DNA of 64,000 bases, from contig JAKQKX010000045.1 in NCBI GenBank assembly GCA_029560465.1, positions 24,260 to 88,259 of the forward strand, read 5' to 3'. The stretch is from Candidatus Omnitrophota bacterium. Lineage in GTDB: Bacteria > Omnitrophota > Gorgyraeia > Zapsychrales > JANLHA01. The position numbers were made by a program, and so were the translations under genes. This document shows positions 51,981 to 62,067 of the stretch, piece by piece; position 1 is the stretch's first letter, and each line of letters opens with the position of its first letter. The notes beneath the pieces were generated by a model, which saw only the letters and a program-made list of their open reading frames with translations, did not search any database and had not been told where the DNA came from.

Positions 51981-53008
51981 TTTGCTTCCTCAGCCAAAGC
52001 ATTGATGGTTTCTTTTAAATTTATTTTAGCCATACAGGTCCGGCTGCATCGCCCGCATCCAGTGCAAGCATAGGAATCAAACCTGGAAACAGGGAACCGG
52101 AATTTCCTGAAATACCGGTGCCGCTGGCGCTCGGAGCGGTCTTCCCGGAAATTCTCCCCCCCGGCGACCTTGGCAAAATTTTCACTCTGACAGCCGTCCC
52201 AGACACGGATGCGGCTGCCGGAATTCAAATCCAAGGCCAGTTCGTCCCGGATATCAAAACAATAACAGGTCGGGCACACATTGGTGCAATTGCCGCAGGA
52301 CAAGCATCGCCGGTTCAAATCCCCCCACACCTCGCTGTCTAACGTTTTATCAAAAACCTTTTTCAATTCATCCCGGGACACCCGGACTTCACTTTTAAAA
52401 AGGACGGCTTTCTTCTTACGCAGAGCCTTCAAAACGACCTTATCCTTTTCTTTCGCCGCCGGGAGCTTCATCTTCTGGACAAGGGCAGCGCCCTTATTCG
52501 TCCGAACATGCACCATAAAAAACGTGCCCAAGTCGGTCAGAAACAGGTCATACCCTCCTTTAGGCAGGTGATTGCGCATCAAGGCACAACTGGCAAATTC
52601 ATCACAATAATCGTTGCATTCAAGCCCGATAACCGCGATCTTGTTTTTCCTGGCTAAATAATTCACGTCCTTAGGATCCGTCGACATCGCTTTGTTCAAA
52701 AACTGGATACCCGCCAAATCACAGGTATGGACCCCGAACAAGATCAACTCTTCGCTCTTAACGACAGGGGTCCATTTTTTCTGACTTTTATTAAATTCCT
52801 GAATCTTTTCATGTTGCGGGATAAAGAATTTTTTAGGCGGCAAAATGGTGGGGATATACTTCAGGGCAATCTCTTTGCCCGACTTAACTTCGGCGAAAGC
52901 ATAATTGTTATACCCTTTCGCAACAGGAGCCATCACCGGCGCTGTCCGCCGCAGCTCTTTGATAAACTGACTGAAATCCGATTTCTTTAACACCACATAT
53001 TTATTCAT
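51977..53008 (-). CDS. hydrogenase beta subunit: [4Fe-4S] dicluster protein (AsrA/HydB-like)
   Basis: CLSCGNCTNVCPTCYC and CTGCGRCSRTC ferredoxin motifs; first gene of the beta-gamma-delta-alpha order typical of group 3b sulfhydrogenase-like enzymes. Confidence 0.85.
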   Translation of the reverse strand: MNKYVVLKKSDFSQFIKELRRTAPVMAPVAKGYNNYAFAEVKSGKEIALKYIPTILPPKKFFIPQHEKIQEFNKSQKKWTPVVKSEELILFGVHTCDLAGIQFLNKAMSTDPKDVNYLARKNKIAVIGLECNDYCDEFASCALMRNHLPKGGYDLFLTDLGTFFMVHVRTNKGAALVQKMKLPAAKEKDKVVLKALRKKKAVLFKSEVRVSRDELKKVFDKTLDSEVWGDLNRRCLSCGNCTNVCPTCYCFDIRDELALDLNSGSRIRVWDGCQSENFAKVAGGENFREDRSERQRHRYFRKFRFPVSRFDSYACTGCGRCSRTCMAKINLKETINALAEEAK

Positions 53009-53046
53009 ATTTCAGCCTCTTTTAATAGGATTAAAAAATATTATTT

Positions 53047-53076
53047 CAATATTATCATAAATCTCCGATCCGTCAA
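53047..53076 (-). promoter_or_regulatory. candidate sigma70 promoter of the hydrogenase operon (TTGACG-N16-TAATAT)
   Basis: Minus strand TTGACGGATCGGAGATTTATGATAATATTG, about 40 nt upstream of the hydB start and its AAAGAGG RBS. Confidence 0.35.
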
Positions 53077-53101
53077 AACAAATATTCCCTCCGCTACTGC
53101 G

Positions 53102-53839
53102 TTACGGACGGCCCCTCCCGGTCGCAGACCTTTTCCAAAGGACCTCTTCGTCTCCCGGTGAAAAGATAGGAGAAACAATCTCCCATTTCTCCCTCAACGC
53201 CTTCAATTCTTCCGAAGTGTATTGACGTTGATCCAGAAAGGCGGGAGCCACCAGGTGGTCCCGAAGGACAAATTCCTGCAAAACATACCGTTGGGGATGA
53301 CGAAGCGTTTTATGAATATCCGCCAGGGTTTGTTCCTCTATAAAAGGCCTCACCGCGGTAGACCGGAATTCATAATTAAGGCCAGATGCCAACAGAAGAT
53401 GGATACTGTCTTCAATACAGCCCGTATCCACCTCCACTCCGCAGGCTTGCCTGTACCGGCCCAGCGATGTCTTGATGTCCATCGCCACGTAATCCACTAA
53501 ATGTTTCTGAAAAAGAGACGACAGGATGTCAGGACGGCTACCGTTTGTGTCGAGCTTCACTAGGTAGCCCAAATCCTTAACAGTTTTTAAAAAGGAAGGT
53601 AAATCCGTTTGGATAGTCGGTTCACCGCCGGTGACCGTGAGCCCCTGCAAAACACCCCGGCGTTCTGCCAAGAAACTCAAAACCTCGGCTTCAGGAACAG
53701 GGGTGCGGAAGGAAGACGGCACCACCAGTTCTGTGTTATGACAAAAGGGGCAGAGGAAATTACACCCTTGCGTAAAAACAACCGCCGCAACCTTACCCGG
53801 ATAATCCACCAGGGAGCATTTTAAGAATCCCCCGATTTG
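53102..53839 (-). CDS. nrdG: anaerobic ribonucleoside-triphosphate reductase activating protein NrdG (radical SAM)
   Basis: MQIGGFLKCSLVDYPGK...GCNFLCPFCHN; start at M19 of the track ORF. Confidence 0.85.
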   Translation of the reverse strand, partial: QIGGFLKCSLVDYPGKVAAVVFTQGCNFLCPFCHNTELVVPSSFRTPVPEAEVLSFLAERRGVLQGLTVTGGEPTIQTDLPSFLKTVKDLGYLVKLDTNGSRPDILSSLFQKHLVDYVAMDIKTSLGRYRQACGVEVDTGCIEDSIHLLLASGLNYEFRSTAVRPFIEEQTLADIHKTLRHPQRYVLQEFVLRDHLVAPAFLDQRQYTSEELKALREKWEIVSPIFSPGDEEVLWKRSATGRGRP

Positions 53840-55941
53840 CATATCTGATATGTCTTTCTGTTGAGGAATTCCTCTTTCTTCCCTTTGTTCCATTGCTGGA
53901 CAGGCCGAAGATATCCGACAACGCGCGAATAAATCTCACATTCATCTTCGCATTTGAGGCAGTATTTATGCTCTCCGGCAATATACCCGCAATTGGGACA
54001 AACACTGAATGTCGGGGTGATCGTGAAGTACGGGAGCCGGTAATTCGTGCAGACAGTCTTAATCAGCTGCTTCAGGGCTTCAATGTCTGAAATCCTCTCC
54101 CCCACGAAAATGTGCAACACCGTCCCGCCGGTATATTTGACTTGCAGATCGTCCTGAAGTTCGAGGACTGTAAAAATATCATTGGAATAATTGACCGGGA
54201 GATGCGTCGAATTTGTATAAAACGGCTCGGCACCACCCTCGCAGGCGCAGGAATTGGCACAGATGATGTCCGGGTACTGTTCCCGGTCCACCTTGGCCAT
54301 GCGGTAAGACACGCCTTCCGCAGGGGTCGCTTCCAGGTTATAATTATTTCCGGTCTCCTCCTGGAACTGCATAAGTTTATCGCGCATAAAATCTAGGACC
54401 CGCAGGGCGAACTCCCGTCCTTGCGGCGATGCGATATTGACTCCCAGGAGGTTCTGGCAGGACTCATTCATCCCGATCAGGCCAATCGTCGAGAAATGAT
54501 TTTTCCAATACTGGGAAAACCGCTGTTTAACCTGGCGCAAATAATACCGGGAATACGGGTACAGGCCGGAGTCCGTGAATTCCTCCAGCACTTTCCTTTT
54601 GACTTCCAGGCTTTCTTTGGCTAAAACCATGAGGTGCTCAAGCCGCGTGTAGAAATCCTGTTCGTCCGCGGCGACATGACCCAGTTGGGGCAAATTAATC
54701 GTCACCACCCCGATGGACCCGGTGAGCGGGGAAGCGCCGAACAGCCCGCCACCGCGGTTACGGAGTTCCCGGTTATCCAGACGCAAACGGCAGCACATGC
54801 TGCGGGCGTCTTCGGGATTCATGTCGGAATTCACAAAATTCGCGAAATAGGGAATCCCGTATTTGGCCGTCATTTGCCATAAAAGGTACAGGTTGGGATT
54901 ATCCCAGTCGAAATCCTTAGAAATATTATACGTGGGGATCGGGAAGGTAAACACACGCCCTTTCGCGTCCCCTTCCAGCATCACATCCAGAAACGCCTTG
55001 TTCAGGATATCCATTTCCTCCTGGAAATCTTTATAGGTTTCTTTTTGCGCCTGGCCGCCGATAATCACCGGCATGTCGGCAAAGAACGACGGGACATGCA
55101 AATCAAACGTCAGGTTGGTGAACGGCGTCTGGAACCCGACTCTTGTCGGCACATTAACATTAAAAACAAATTCCTGCAGGGCCTGCTTGACCTCATCATA
55201 CGTCAATTTGTCATACCGGATAAACGGCGCCAAGAGCGTGTCGAAATTAGAAAAGGCCTGCGCCCCGGCCGCTTCCCCTTGCAAAGTGTAAAAGAAATTC
55301 ACGATCTGGCCCAAAGCGCTGCCGAAATGCTTGGCCGGAGCCGACTCCATCTTTCCGGAAGCGCCCCGGAAGCCGTTTTTAAGCAGATCCTGCAGATCCC
55401 ACCCGACACAATAAACGCTCAGGAGCCCGAGGTCATGAATGTGGAAACGCGCGTCACGGTGGGCTTCTTTAATCTGCGGGGTATAAATTTTATTCAGCCA
55501 GTATATTTTAGTGACTTCCGTCGATATATAATTATTAAGCCCCTGCAGGGAATAGGCCATGTTGCTGTTTTCGTTGACTTTCCAGTCCAGCCGTTCCAAA
55601 TACTGATCCACCAGCCCGACATGGCTTTTAGAGGTGATTTCCCGGATTTTGGCGTGCTGATCCCGATAGATGATGTAAGCTTTTGCGGATTTCTTGTAAG
55701 GGGACGTGATGAGGACTTCCTCCACAATATCCTGGATTTCTTCCACGCTCGGGTAGCGTTCCGCGAATAATTGATGCGCGATATTGACAGCGCGGATCGT
55801 TAAATTTCGGGCTACTGGATCGTCAAATTCCCCGGTGGCTTGTCCAGCTTTGAGAATAGCCATGGTAATTTTCTGCGGGAGGAAATCTTCGACCTTGCCG
55901 TTGCGCTTCAGAATACTGACAATGGTACCCGTTGCCTGCAT
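53821..55941 (-). CDS. nrdD: anaerobic ribonucleoside-triphosphate reductase NrdD (class III)
   Basis: ATP-cone N-terminus, a C-terminal Zn ribbon (CPNCGY...CLKCE) and a glycyl-radical loop (SRVVGYLRP); ATG at 55941 preceded by AAGGAGG. Confidence 0.9.
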   Translation of the reverse strand: MQATGTIVSILKRNGKVEDFLPQKITMAILKAGQATGEFDDPVARNLTIRAVNIAHQLFAERYPSVEEIQDIVEEVLITSPYKKSAKAYIIYRDQHAKIREITSKSHVGLVDQYLERLDWKVNENSNMAYSLQGLNNYISTEVTKIYWLNKIYTPQIKEAHRDARFHIHDLGLLSVYCVGWDLQDLLKNGFRGASGKMESAPAKHFGSALGQIVNFFYTLQGEAAGAQAFSNFDTLLAPFIRYDKLTYDEVKQALQEFVFNVNVPTRVGFQTPFTNLTFDLHVPSFFADMPVIIGGQAQKETYKDFQEEMDILNKAFLDVMLEGDAKGRVFTFPIPTYNISKDFDWDNPNLYLLWQMTAKYGIPYFANFVNSDMNPEDARSMCCRLRLDNRELRNRGGGLFGASPLTGSIGVVTINLPQLGHVAADEQDFYTRLEHLMVLAKESLEVKRKVLEEFTDSGLYPYSRYYLRQVKQRFSQYWKNHFSTIGLIGMNESCQNLLGVNIASPQGREFALRVLDFMRDKLMQFQEETGNNYNLEATPAEGVSYRMAKVDREQYPDIICANSCACEGGAEPFYTNSTHLPVNYSNDIFTVLELQDDLQVKYTGGTVLHIFVGERISDIEALKQLIKTVCTNYRLPYFTITPTFSVCPNCGYIAGEHKYCLKCEDECEIYSRVVGYLRPVQQWNKGKKEEFLNRKTYQICKSGDS

Positions 55942-56028
55942 CAAACCCCTCCTTTTTCTATAGAGTATCTTTGGTAATTATATTACGGATTGACTTACTG
56001 GATACGCCTGAAGTAACGGCATTATCCC

Positions 56029-56076
56029 ATACAACATATTGTGTGTCAACATTTAAATAAACTTATATATGGTATT
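56029..56076 (-). promoter_or_regulatory. two NrdR-box-like AT-rich palindromes upstream of nrdD
   Basis: ACAACATATTGTGT (56034..56047) and ACTTATATATGGT (56064..56076) with about 30-bp centre spacing, 90-130 nt upstream of the nrdD start. Confidence 0.4.
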
Positions 56077-56527
56077 TTTACAAAAATTTAACCGATAACA
56101 AATCCCCGTCCCAGCCCCTGGTGAGAGGGCGGCTGGCTGTTTAAAATGCTCTTTTAAGAATGCGGATAACGTTGAACACCCCGCGCGCGGCAACAAGGCA
56201 ACGGGGCTGGATCATGAAAGGATGGAACATCAAAAACATCATATCAAACCGGGATTCAGTATTGTGGCGTCAAAATTTATCTTCTTTTTAAACCACCGCT
56301 GCTGTTCAAAGCGGCATGATTCAATCTTATAGAAAAAAAACAGAAAGTCAACTCCTAAACCACATTATTTTTTCTCGACGGGGAGGATGCCGCAAAGACA
56401 CAATTCCGGGCCACGCCCCTTCTTCCCCAATAGCAAAATTTCTTCCCGCGTCGAGATGTCATATCAGGATGGCGGGAATAATTATCAATCCCTCAAAAAG
56501 GGCGCCCCTGCTCAGGCCCCCGGGGAG

Positions 56528-56998
56528 TCACAATTCCAGCGATAATTCAAGCTTTTCTACCCCGTCCGACAAAATCACCTTGTCCTCAAGAATTTCGATC
56601 ACGGTGAAACCACCCAACTGGCTGCCGACCTGGACAATTTTATTATTGATGATCGCCTTAGGCTGGCCCGGGCCCGAATCCCAGGCGATGCCGATCAAAT
56701 AAAATTTAACCTCCTGCGCGGCGTCATCCCCTTCTTTTTCAATCGGTTTTAAGGTAAACGGGTCCCGCACCAGCGGCATGCTTTGGGCCTCGGCCTGCAA
56801 TTGGCGAAAAGGGGACAATTTCACAGCCGGCGAGGCGGCCGGAGATTTGGCGGCCGCCGCAGTCGTTCCGGCCCTGGCGGCAGGCTTACGCTTCTTATTA
56901 TTTCTGCCATTTTTCCCCATCCCCAGGGCCAGGATAACGGCCAGAATAACGGCAAGCACTCCGGTGACCGCGATCTGAATTTTATCCTTCTTGTTCAT
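56528..56998 (-). CDS. PilP-like (GspC HR-domain-like) pilus assembly protein
   Basis: TM anchor, Ala/Pro-rich linker, conserved RDPF motif and a C-terminal beta domain (KIVQVGSQLGGFTVIEILEDKVIL). Confidence 0.6.
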   Translation of the reverse strand: MNKKDKIQIAVTGVLAVILAVILALGMGKNGRNNKKRKPAARAGTTAAAAKSPAASPAVKLSPFRQLQAEAQSMPLVRDPFTLKPIEKEGDDAAQEVKFYLIGIAWDSGPGQPKAIINNKIVQVGSQLGGFTVIEILEDKVILSDGVEKLELSLEL

Positions 56999-57588
56999 AC
57001 AGGCGACGCCCCAAATAAATAAAGTTTTAGCTCAATGGAAATACTTAATATCCCCTCTGTGGCGTCGACCCGGTCCAAGCCCAGCCGCTCCACCGTGACA
57101 AAATATTCCGGGCTGGATCCCAGTTCCTCAAAATACCCCACGAGGTCCTGAAAACGGCCTTTCAACTGACCCGTCACAGAAATATAGCCGCACTCCGCGG
57201 CCCCGAACTTCAAAGCCCTGTTTTTATTATCTGTGCTTTTACGTTTAATCCCTATCCGGGTGGATACAATTTCCAAATTGTGGTTCCGGGCGGCATTGGC
57301 GAGCGCCCTCACCCCCTGGTCTTCTTTTTCAGGAAACCGATGACGGAAAAGGGCGACCTCGTCCTGCAGCTCCCGCAGCCCCTGTTGAATATTGCGATTT
57401 TTGCCGGCCATCAATTCTACTCTGTCAATCTCCATTTCCACGGCTTTGAGCTCTGATTTAACCGCCCGCAGTTCCCGGTAAGCAGGGACATACACGCCCA
57501 GCAATACCCCCAGGAAAAGGCACATCAACACCCCTATCTCGACATATTTCTGTTCCGTGTTTGACAGGGACTGCCATTTTTTCTTCAT
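56995..57588 (-). CDS. pilO: PilO (GspM-like) pilus assembly protein
   Basis: 197 aa; N-terminal TM, coiled coil, C-terminal ferredoxin-like domain; gene-order context. Confidence 0.65.
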   Translation of the reverse strand: MKKKWQSLSNTEQKYVEIGVLMCLFLGVLLGVYVPAYRELRAVKSELKAVEMEIDRVELMAGKNRNIQQGLRELQDEVALFRHRFPEKEDQGVRALANAARNHNLEIVSTRIGIKRKSTDNKNRALKFGAAECGYISVTGQLKGRFQDLVGYFEELGSSPEYFVTVERLGLDRVDATEGILSISIELKLYLFGASPV

Positions 57589-59450
57589 TATTTCACCAGG
57601 TCACAGGTTATAGAAAAATTCTGGATGCCGCCCACCCCTTCTATCGAAACAATCGTCGCATCTGAAAGAAAAACGGTTTTCTCCATATCCTGCATAAATG
57701 TGGTTAAGATCTGCTCCGCCAACTCGGCTTTTTCAGCGACAATTCCGTCAATGCTGAGCTGATTCGACCCCTGATTGAAATTAACCCGGCGAAGGATAAC
57801 CTGCCGCGGGATGGACGCGCTGATAACTTTTAAAACCCCCTCCAAAGGGAGATGCCCCGCCAAAAGTTTTTCCTGAAAAACCGTGCTCTCGTTTAACGTG
57901 TTGGTCGTATCTTCAATTTCCTTAATGACAGACCAATGGATCCGCGCGGCCGCCAACCTCCCGGTAAAATCCTTTGTTTGCAGTTTCACCACCAGCAGCA
58001 ATAACAGCAGAATAAAAATAGCCGTAATGCCGCCCACCCGTATGCACATCCTCTCCAATTGATCGAGTCTTTTGTGCTTAATCTCCAGCGGCAACAGGTT
58101 GACCCCGTCTTTAAGATTCAAGGACGCCCCCAAAAGAGTCGTAATCTGGCTGCAAAAAACCTCCCGGGATTCATGCGCCTGGGGAGCAGACTTGTCTATG
58201 CCGAGCACCGCACCCAGCCCTTGCAGAGAGCCGCCCCTTAAGTCTTCACTGTGCAAAACCTGCTTCGCCCCCGACGCGTTGATGATCTTCTTTTTCCGCT
58301 CCTCACGCGACCCGCCCGGCCCCGCCTCTGGCTTTAAGGCCTCTGCCCCTTCCCGTCCGGCCATAGAAAGATCCGGCTGATGCCCGCCCAATTCCGAGAC
58401 GGATTCAAGGTTAATGGTGTCGGGAACGGGCAGGGGGCACACGCGGATCCCCAGTTCACGGCTCAAATACAAGTCCATCCCTTTTAAATTCGCCCCTCCG
58501 CCGGTGATATAAAGGACCGGAGGCGGCTCCACATTAAAATTGGCGGCGTAATAATCAAAAGAAAATTTCAATTCCCTGGTTAGGACTTCCAGGATCGGCC
58601 GGAGCATGGACACCACATGCTTCAATTGGATATTGTCCCGGACGAAACGGTTTTCGTCGTAAACGCCGGATGGGAACCCGACGGTATTTTTGATGTCTTC
58701 GGCTTCCTCGTACGTTAATTCAATTTTACCCTTATCGGAAACAAGAATTTCCGTCAAAGACTGGGTGATTTTCTCCCAGGAAATCGGCATGTTCCTGGAA
58801 AAATGGATTTTATTGTCCATAAAAAACGTCAACGTCGCCTGCTGAAAATCCAAATCCAGGACAGCGCAGCTCTTTTGCTCATACGCCAGGGCCTGCAAGA
58901 TATTGCTGTACGCCAGCACGTTCGCCGTGACACACACGGGGTTCAGCGCGCACGCCGCTAACGCGGCCAGATGACGGTCTAAAACATCTTTCTTAATAAC
59001 GATAAAGGCGGCGTCCTTCTTTTTTGTGCCTTCTGCCTCATAAGATTCCCTGACGACCTGCCAGTCCACATAAGCTTCGTCCAGCTCGAACAGGACCTCC
59101 TCTTTTAATTGGGACCGGACAGCGGCCAACACGTCCTCTTTGCGGGAAAGATCCGGGGCCGAAAGATACGCGACGCCTAACGCATCCGCGTCGGAAATGC
59201 TCAGGATAACATCTTTGACAGCGATCTCATGCTTAGCCATAAAATCCCGGACAAACTGGACAAGGGGCTCTGGGCCGGCCTCTTCTGAAAACGGCAACGG
59301 CTGGACCTGATACTTATACACTTTCCATGAACCCGGGAACTTTTCCAAATAAGCGATCTTGACGACACCCTGCGCGATGTCAATGGTTAGGAATTGTTCG
59401 GGCTTTTTCCGCAGTTTGTTCCAAATTGTCTCAAGACGATCTAGCCACAT
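57588..59450 (-). CDS. fused PilM-PilN protein (GspL-like architecture)
   Basis: N-terminal actin-like PilM region (LTIDIAQGVVKIAYLE...) joined by a long linker to a PilN region (VNLLPLEIKHKRLDQLERMCIRVGGITAIFILLLLLLVV TM plus periplasmic domain), in one 620-aa ORF. Confidence 0.75.
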   Translation of the reverse strand: MWLDRLETIWNKLRKKPEQFLTIDIAQGVVKIAYLEKFPGSWKVYKYQVQPLPFSEEAGPEPLVQFVRDFMAKHEIAVKDVILSISDADALGVAYLSAPDLSRKEDVLAAVRSQLKEEVLFELDEAYVDWQVVRESYEAEGTKKKDAAFIVIKKDVLDRHLAALAACALNPVCVTANVLAYSNILQALAYEQKSCAVLDLDFQQATLTFFMDNKIHFSRNMPISWEKITQSLTEILVSDKGKIELTYEEAEDIKNTVGFPSGVYDENRFVRDNIQLKHVVSMLRPILEVLTRELKFSFDYYAANFNVEPPPVLYITGGGANLKGMDLYLSRELGIRVCPLPVPDTINLESVSELGGHQPDLSMAGREGAEALKPEAGPGGSREERKKKIINASGAKQVLHSEDLRGGSLQGLGAVLGIDKSAPQAHESREVFCSQITTLLGASLNLKDGVNLLPLEIKHKRLDQLERMCIRVGGITAIFILLLLLLVVKLQTKDFTGRLAAARIHWSVIKEIEDTTNTLNESTVFQEKLLAGHLPLEGVLKVISASIPRQVILRRVNFNQGSNQLSIDGIVAEKAELAEQILTTFMQDMEKTVFLSDATIVSIEGVGGIQNFSITCDLVK

Positions 59451-59483
59451 GGTATTTTAACGTGTTTTGCCCCGTGCCTCCTG

Positions 59484-60050
59484 TTATTGAAAACGCGGCA
59501 CATAAACCGCCGACATCCCTTCGCTGTGCCCCTCCCACTGCTCAACCTGGCCTGCCCCGTCCTGGACGCTCAGGCCGATCGTGATCCAACGGACATCCTC
59601 CGCGTCTGCCGTCACGGTCTCCGCGCTGTCATAATAGGTGAACACGGCGCCGCTCAAGCCGGCGGCGGTGACTCCGGACGGCCAGTAATACGGGACTACA
59701 TATTCCGTCCCGCCGTCAATCGAACGGTACAGCTTCCCATTTCCCGTATCCAGGCGGTACCGGACCGTGTCCCCGTCCTGGTTGATAAACGTAAGGTCAT
59801 CATCCGCGATCGAGCTCATCGCCCGGCTGAAACGCAAGCCTTTGGCCGTCGCGTCCCCTTCAATCAGGACATCCTGGATCCGTTCCAGGATCATGTCCGT
59901 GTTCATCTGGCTGGGGAGATAAATGGTGTTCTGCACGAAATGAATCATGATATAGGCCGCCGGTACAGAAAGAATCCCGACGACCACGATCACCATGATC
60001 AGCTCGATTAACGTGAAGCCATTGCCTCGATTATACTCCAAATTGCACAT
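59484..60050 (-). CDS. prepilin-type minor pilin/pseudopilin
   Basis: ...NRGNG | FTLIELIMVIVVVGIL class III signal with E+5. Confidence 0.75.
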   Translation of the reverse strand: MCNLEYNRGNGFTLIELIMVIVVVGILSVPAAYIMIHFVQNTIYLPSQMNTDMILERIQDVLIEGDATAKGLRFSRAMSSIADDDLTFINQDGDTVRYRLDTGNGKLYRSIDGGTEYVVPYYWPSGVTAAGLSGAVFTYYDSAETVTADAEDVRWITIGLSVQDGAGQVEQWEGHSEGMSAVYVPRFQ

Positions 60051-60432
60051 TTTTCACACGATAAGTAATAAAATTTGCCAATACGTCCGAAGACCCGTGC
60101 TTCGTGACTTCAACCCGCACCGATTTCAAACTTTCCGCGCTTGAGCCATTGCCGTACACATAGCTGACGGTTGTGTCAACGTCAAAGTCATACCCCTGAT
60201 AATTGGATTGAGACATCGTCAGAAGGCTGTCATAGTCTATATTATTCTGGCGCTCCATTTCCATACGGCCAAGCTGAACCGCCAGCAGGTGATCGGCTGA
60301 CAGGAAAACGCCTTCCACATGCTCATACATCATGAGCGTCAACGGCACCGCGACAATGCCCAAAACCACCATGGTCATGACCAGCTCGATGAGGGTCACG
60401 CCGCGGCACGGATTAAGGAGAAATTTCTTCAT
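60031..60432 (-). CDS. prepilin-type minor pilin/pseudopilin
   Basis: ...NPCRG | VTLIELVMTMVVLGIV class III signal with E+5. Confidence 0.75.
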   Translation of the reverse strand: MKKFLLNPCRGVTLIELVMTMVVLGIVAVPLTLMMYEHVEGVFLSADHLLAVQLGRMEMERQNNIDYDSLLTMSQSNYQGYDFDVDTTVSYVYGNGSSAESLKSVRVEVTKHGSSDVLANFITYRVKNVQFGV

Positions 60433-61525
60433 CAGTTTCCTCCCAAGCGCTTACGGTTCCCGTCCCCACATCATACGTGGCCGCTATGGTCCGATAGACC
60501 TCCGAGCCGGTTATCTTCCCGGTGGCCCGCACAGTGATGAAAGCGGCATCGGACGCAGGATAAGCCGTCACGATCTTGGATGACCCGTCGGACATGATAA
60601 ATTCAATATTAACAGTTGTGGCACTAGCCATACTCCCGGAGAACTGCAGATAATCGATATCATAAACCGTCTGCGAGGCATTCAAGGTGAAATCCGGGGC
60701 TAAATTGGCATTGGCCGGGCTGGACACGCTCCCGCTCCAGAGGAGTTGTCCGTTTATGACGATTTGTCGTAAAAGACGGGTATTATCCCAGGAAACCCGC
60801 ATACGGTCGATCCTGATGGTCTGGGAATCAGTGACATTCTGGATTGTCAGCCCCGTCACTTTATTACCGTCAATACAGGCCTGTTGTTCCTCATCACACT
60901 CCGCCCGGCAGTCCAAATAATCATCATAGCACTGGTCCCGGCAATCGGTCCGGGCCAGATCGCAGGCCGAGTAAGCCGAATTCAAGGCCGTTTGACACTG
61001 TAACCGGCACAACCATCCTTGCCAACCCGAGGGACATTGCGCGACACAGGCCTGATAAACAGCGTAGGCATCCGACCGGCAGACGGCCCTTTCATCATCG
61101 CAAGTAGCATAACAGGCCGCCCGGTCAGCCGTGCACTCGTCCCGGCATACCCGGCCGATCGCCCGGCATTCCGCGGGGGAATATTCTCCCCCTAAAACAA
61201 CCTGGGAGGTGTCCACAAGCAGCAAATCCGCCGGATTTCCTCCGATGACAAAAGACCGTTTTGAGTCGACATCCGTTTGCCCGAGGGAGAAATAACCGTT
61301 CCCGGACATGTCGTGATTCCGGAATTCGTAAAGAGCCTGTTGAATTCCCGCCTGCGCCAGATAAACCGTTTCCAGCTGCGCCGCCCGCGTCGATAAGGCG
61401 GCCAAGCGTTCCACGATAAAGGCCGTTACGCCGTAGATGGAAACCGAGGCGACAACAATCAACAACACCGTCGTCAAAAGTACGACGCCGGCTTGATTTC
61501 TGATCGAAAGGATCCCTGGCGGCAT
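60413..61525 (-). CDS. PilX_N/GspK-like minor pilin with a central cysteine-rich (about 22 Cys) repeat domain
   Basis: N-terminus MPPGILSIRNQAGVVLLTTVLLIVVASVS (hydrophobic pilin-like helix without E+5, as in GspK/PilX); residues about 118-225 carry Cx3C/Cx6C periodic cysteines. Confidence 0.6.
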   Translation of the reverse strand: MPPGILSIRNQAGVVLLTTVLLIVVASVSIYGVTAFIVERLAALSTRAAQLETVYLAQAGIQQALYEFRNHDMSGNGYFSLGQTDVDSKRSFVIGGNPADLLLVDTSQVVLGGEYSPAECRAIGRVCRDECTADRAACYATCDDERAVCRSDAYAVYQACVAQCPSGWQGWLCRLQCQTALNSAYSACDLARTDCRDQCYDDYLDCRAECDEEQQACIDGNKVTGLTIQNVTDSQTIRIDRMRVSWDNTRLLRQIVINGQLLWSGSVSSPANANLAPDFTLNASQTVYDIDYLQFSGSMASATTVNIEFIMSDGSSKIVTAYPASDAAFITVRATGKITGSEVYRTIAATYDVGTGTVSAWEETDEEISP

Positions 61526-61641
61526 GTTCACTTCTTGGTTTATGTGTCTCAACAGGAAACAGCTCGTTTATGTTTCATGAAGTCTGTCAAGCGATAACAG
61601 AGAAGAGAGAATTGTGAAGCCCTGGGGCAAGCGGCTGTCCC

Positions 61642-62028
61642 TTATCCGGGAGGGACAACCTCCTGGATTTTCTGGACGAACTGCTCGAATGTGTAGGGTT
61701 TATCCAGGAAATGCGTGATCTGAAAGGCGGCCAGCCGCTCTTTCACCTCGTTATTGACCACCCCGGATGACACGATAATCGGGATATCTTTAAGCGGCTC
61801 TTCCTCTTTGGCCTTACGGATCACTTCGTAGCCGTCCAGGTTGCGCATCTGGATATCCAGGATGACAACGGCAACAGGAAACCGGCGCATCAGATCCAAA
61901 GCCTCGTATCCGTCCCTCGCCACGAGCGGTTCCCAAGGGATCTGGGGATTGATTAATATGCGCCTCAAAAGCATCTCGATAATAATCTCCTCATCATCCA
62001 CGATCAAAATATACTTTTTATCTTCCAT
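61642..62028 (-). CDS. stand-alone CheY-like response regulator receiver (PilH/PilG-like)
   Basis: 128 aa; DD...D phosphoacceptor pocket (ILIVDDEE...ILDIQM...) with K at the expected position. Confidence 0.85.
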   Translation of the reverse strand: MEDKKYILIVDDEEIIIEMLLRRILINPQIPWEPLVARDGYEALDLMRRFPVAVVILDIQMRNLDGYEVIRKAKEEEPLKDIPIIVSSGVVNNEVKERLAAFQITHFLDKPYTFEQFVQKIQEVVPPG

Positions 62029-62067
62029 ATCCCCGCGTTCCCCGGCTTCCCGCCGTCGGCTATTGCA

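Noticed and set aside
56316-56702. 128-aa plus-strand ORF spanning the nrdD/pilus intergenic and the 3' end of the pilP-like gene.
   Set aside because: Low-complexity, no start context, overlaps a conserved gene on the other strand. Likely spurious.
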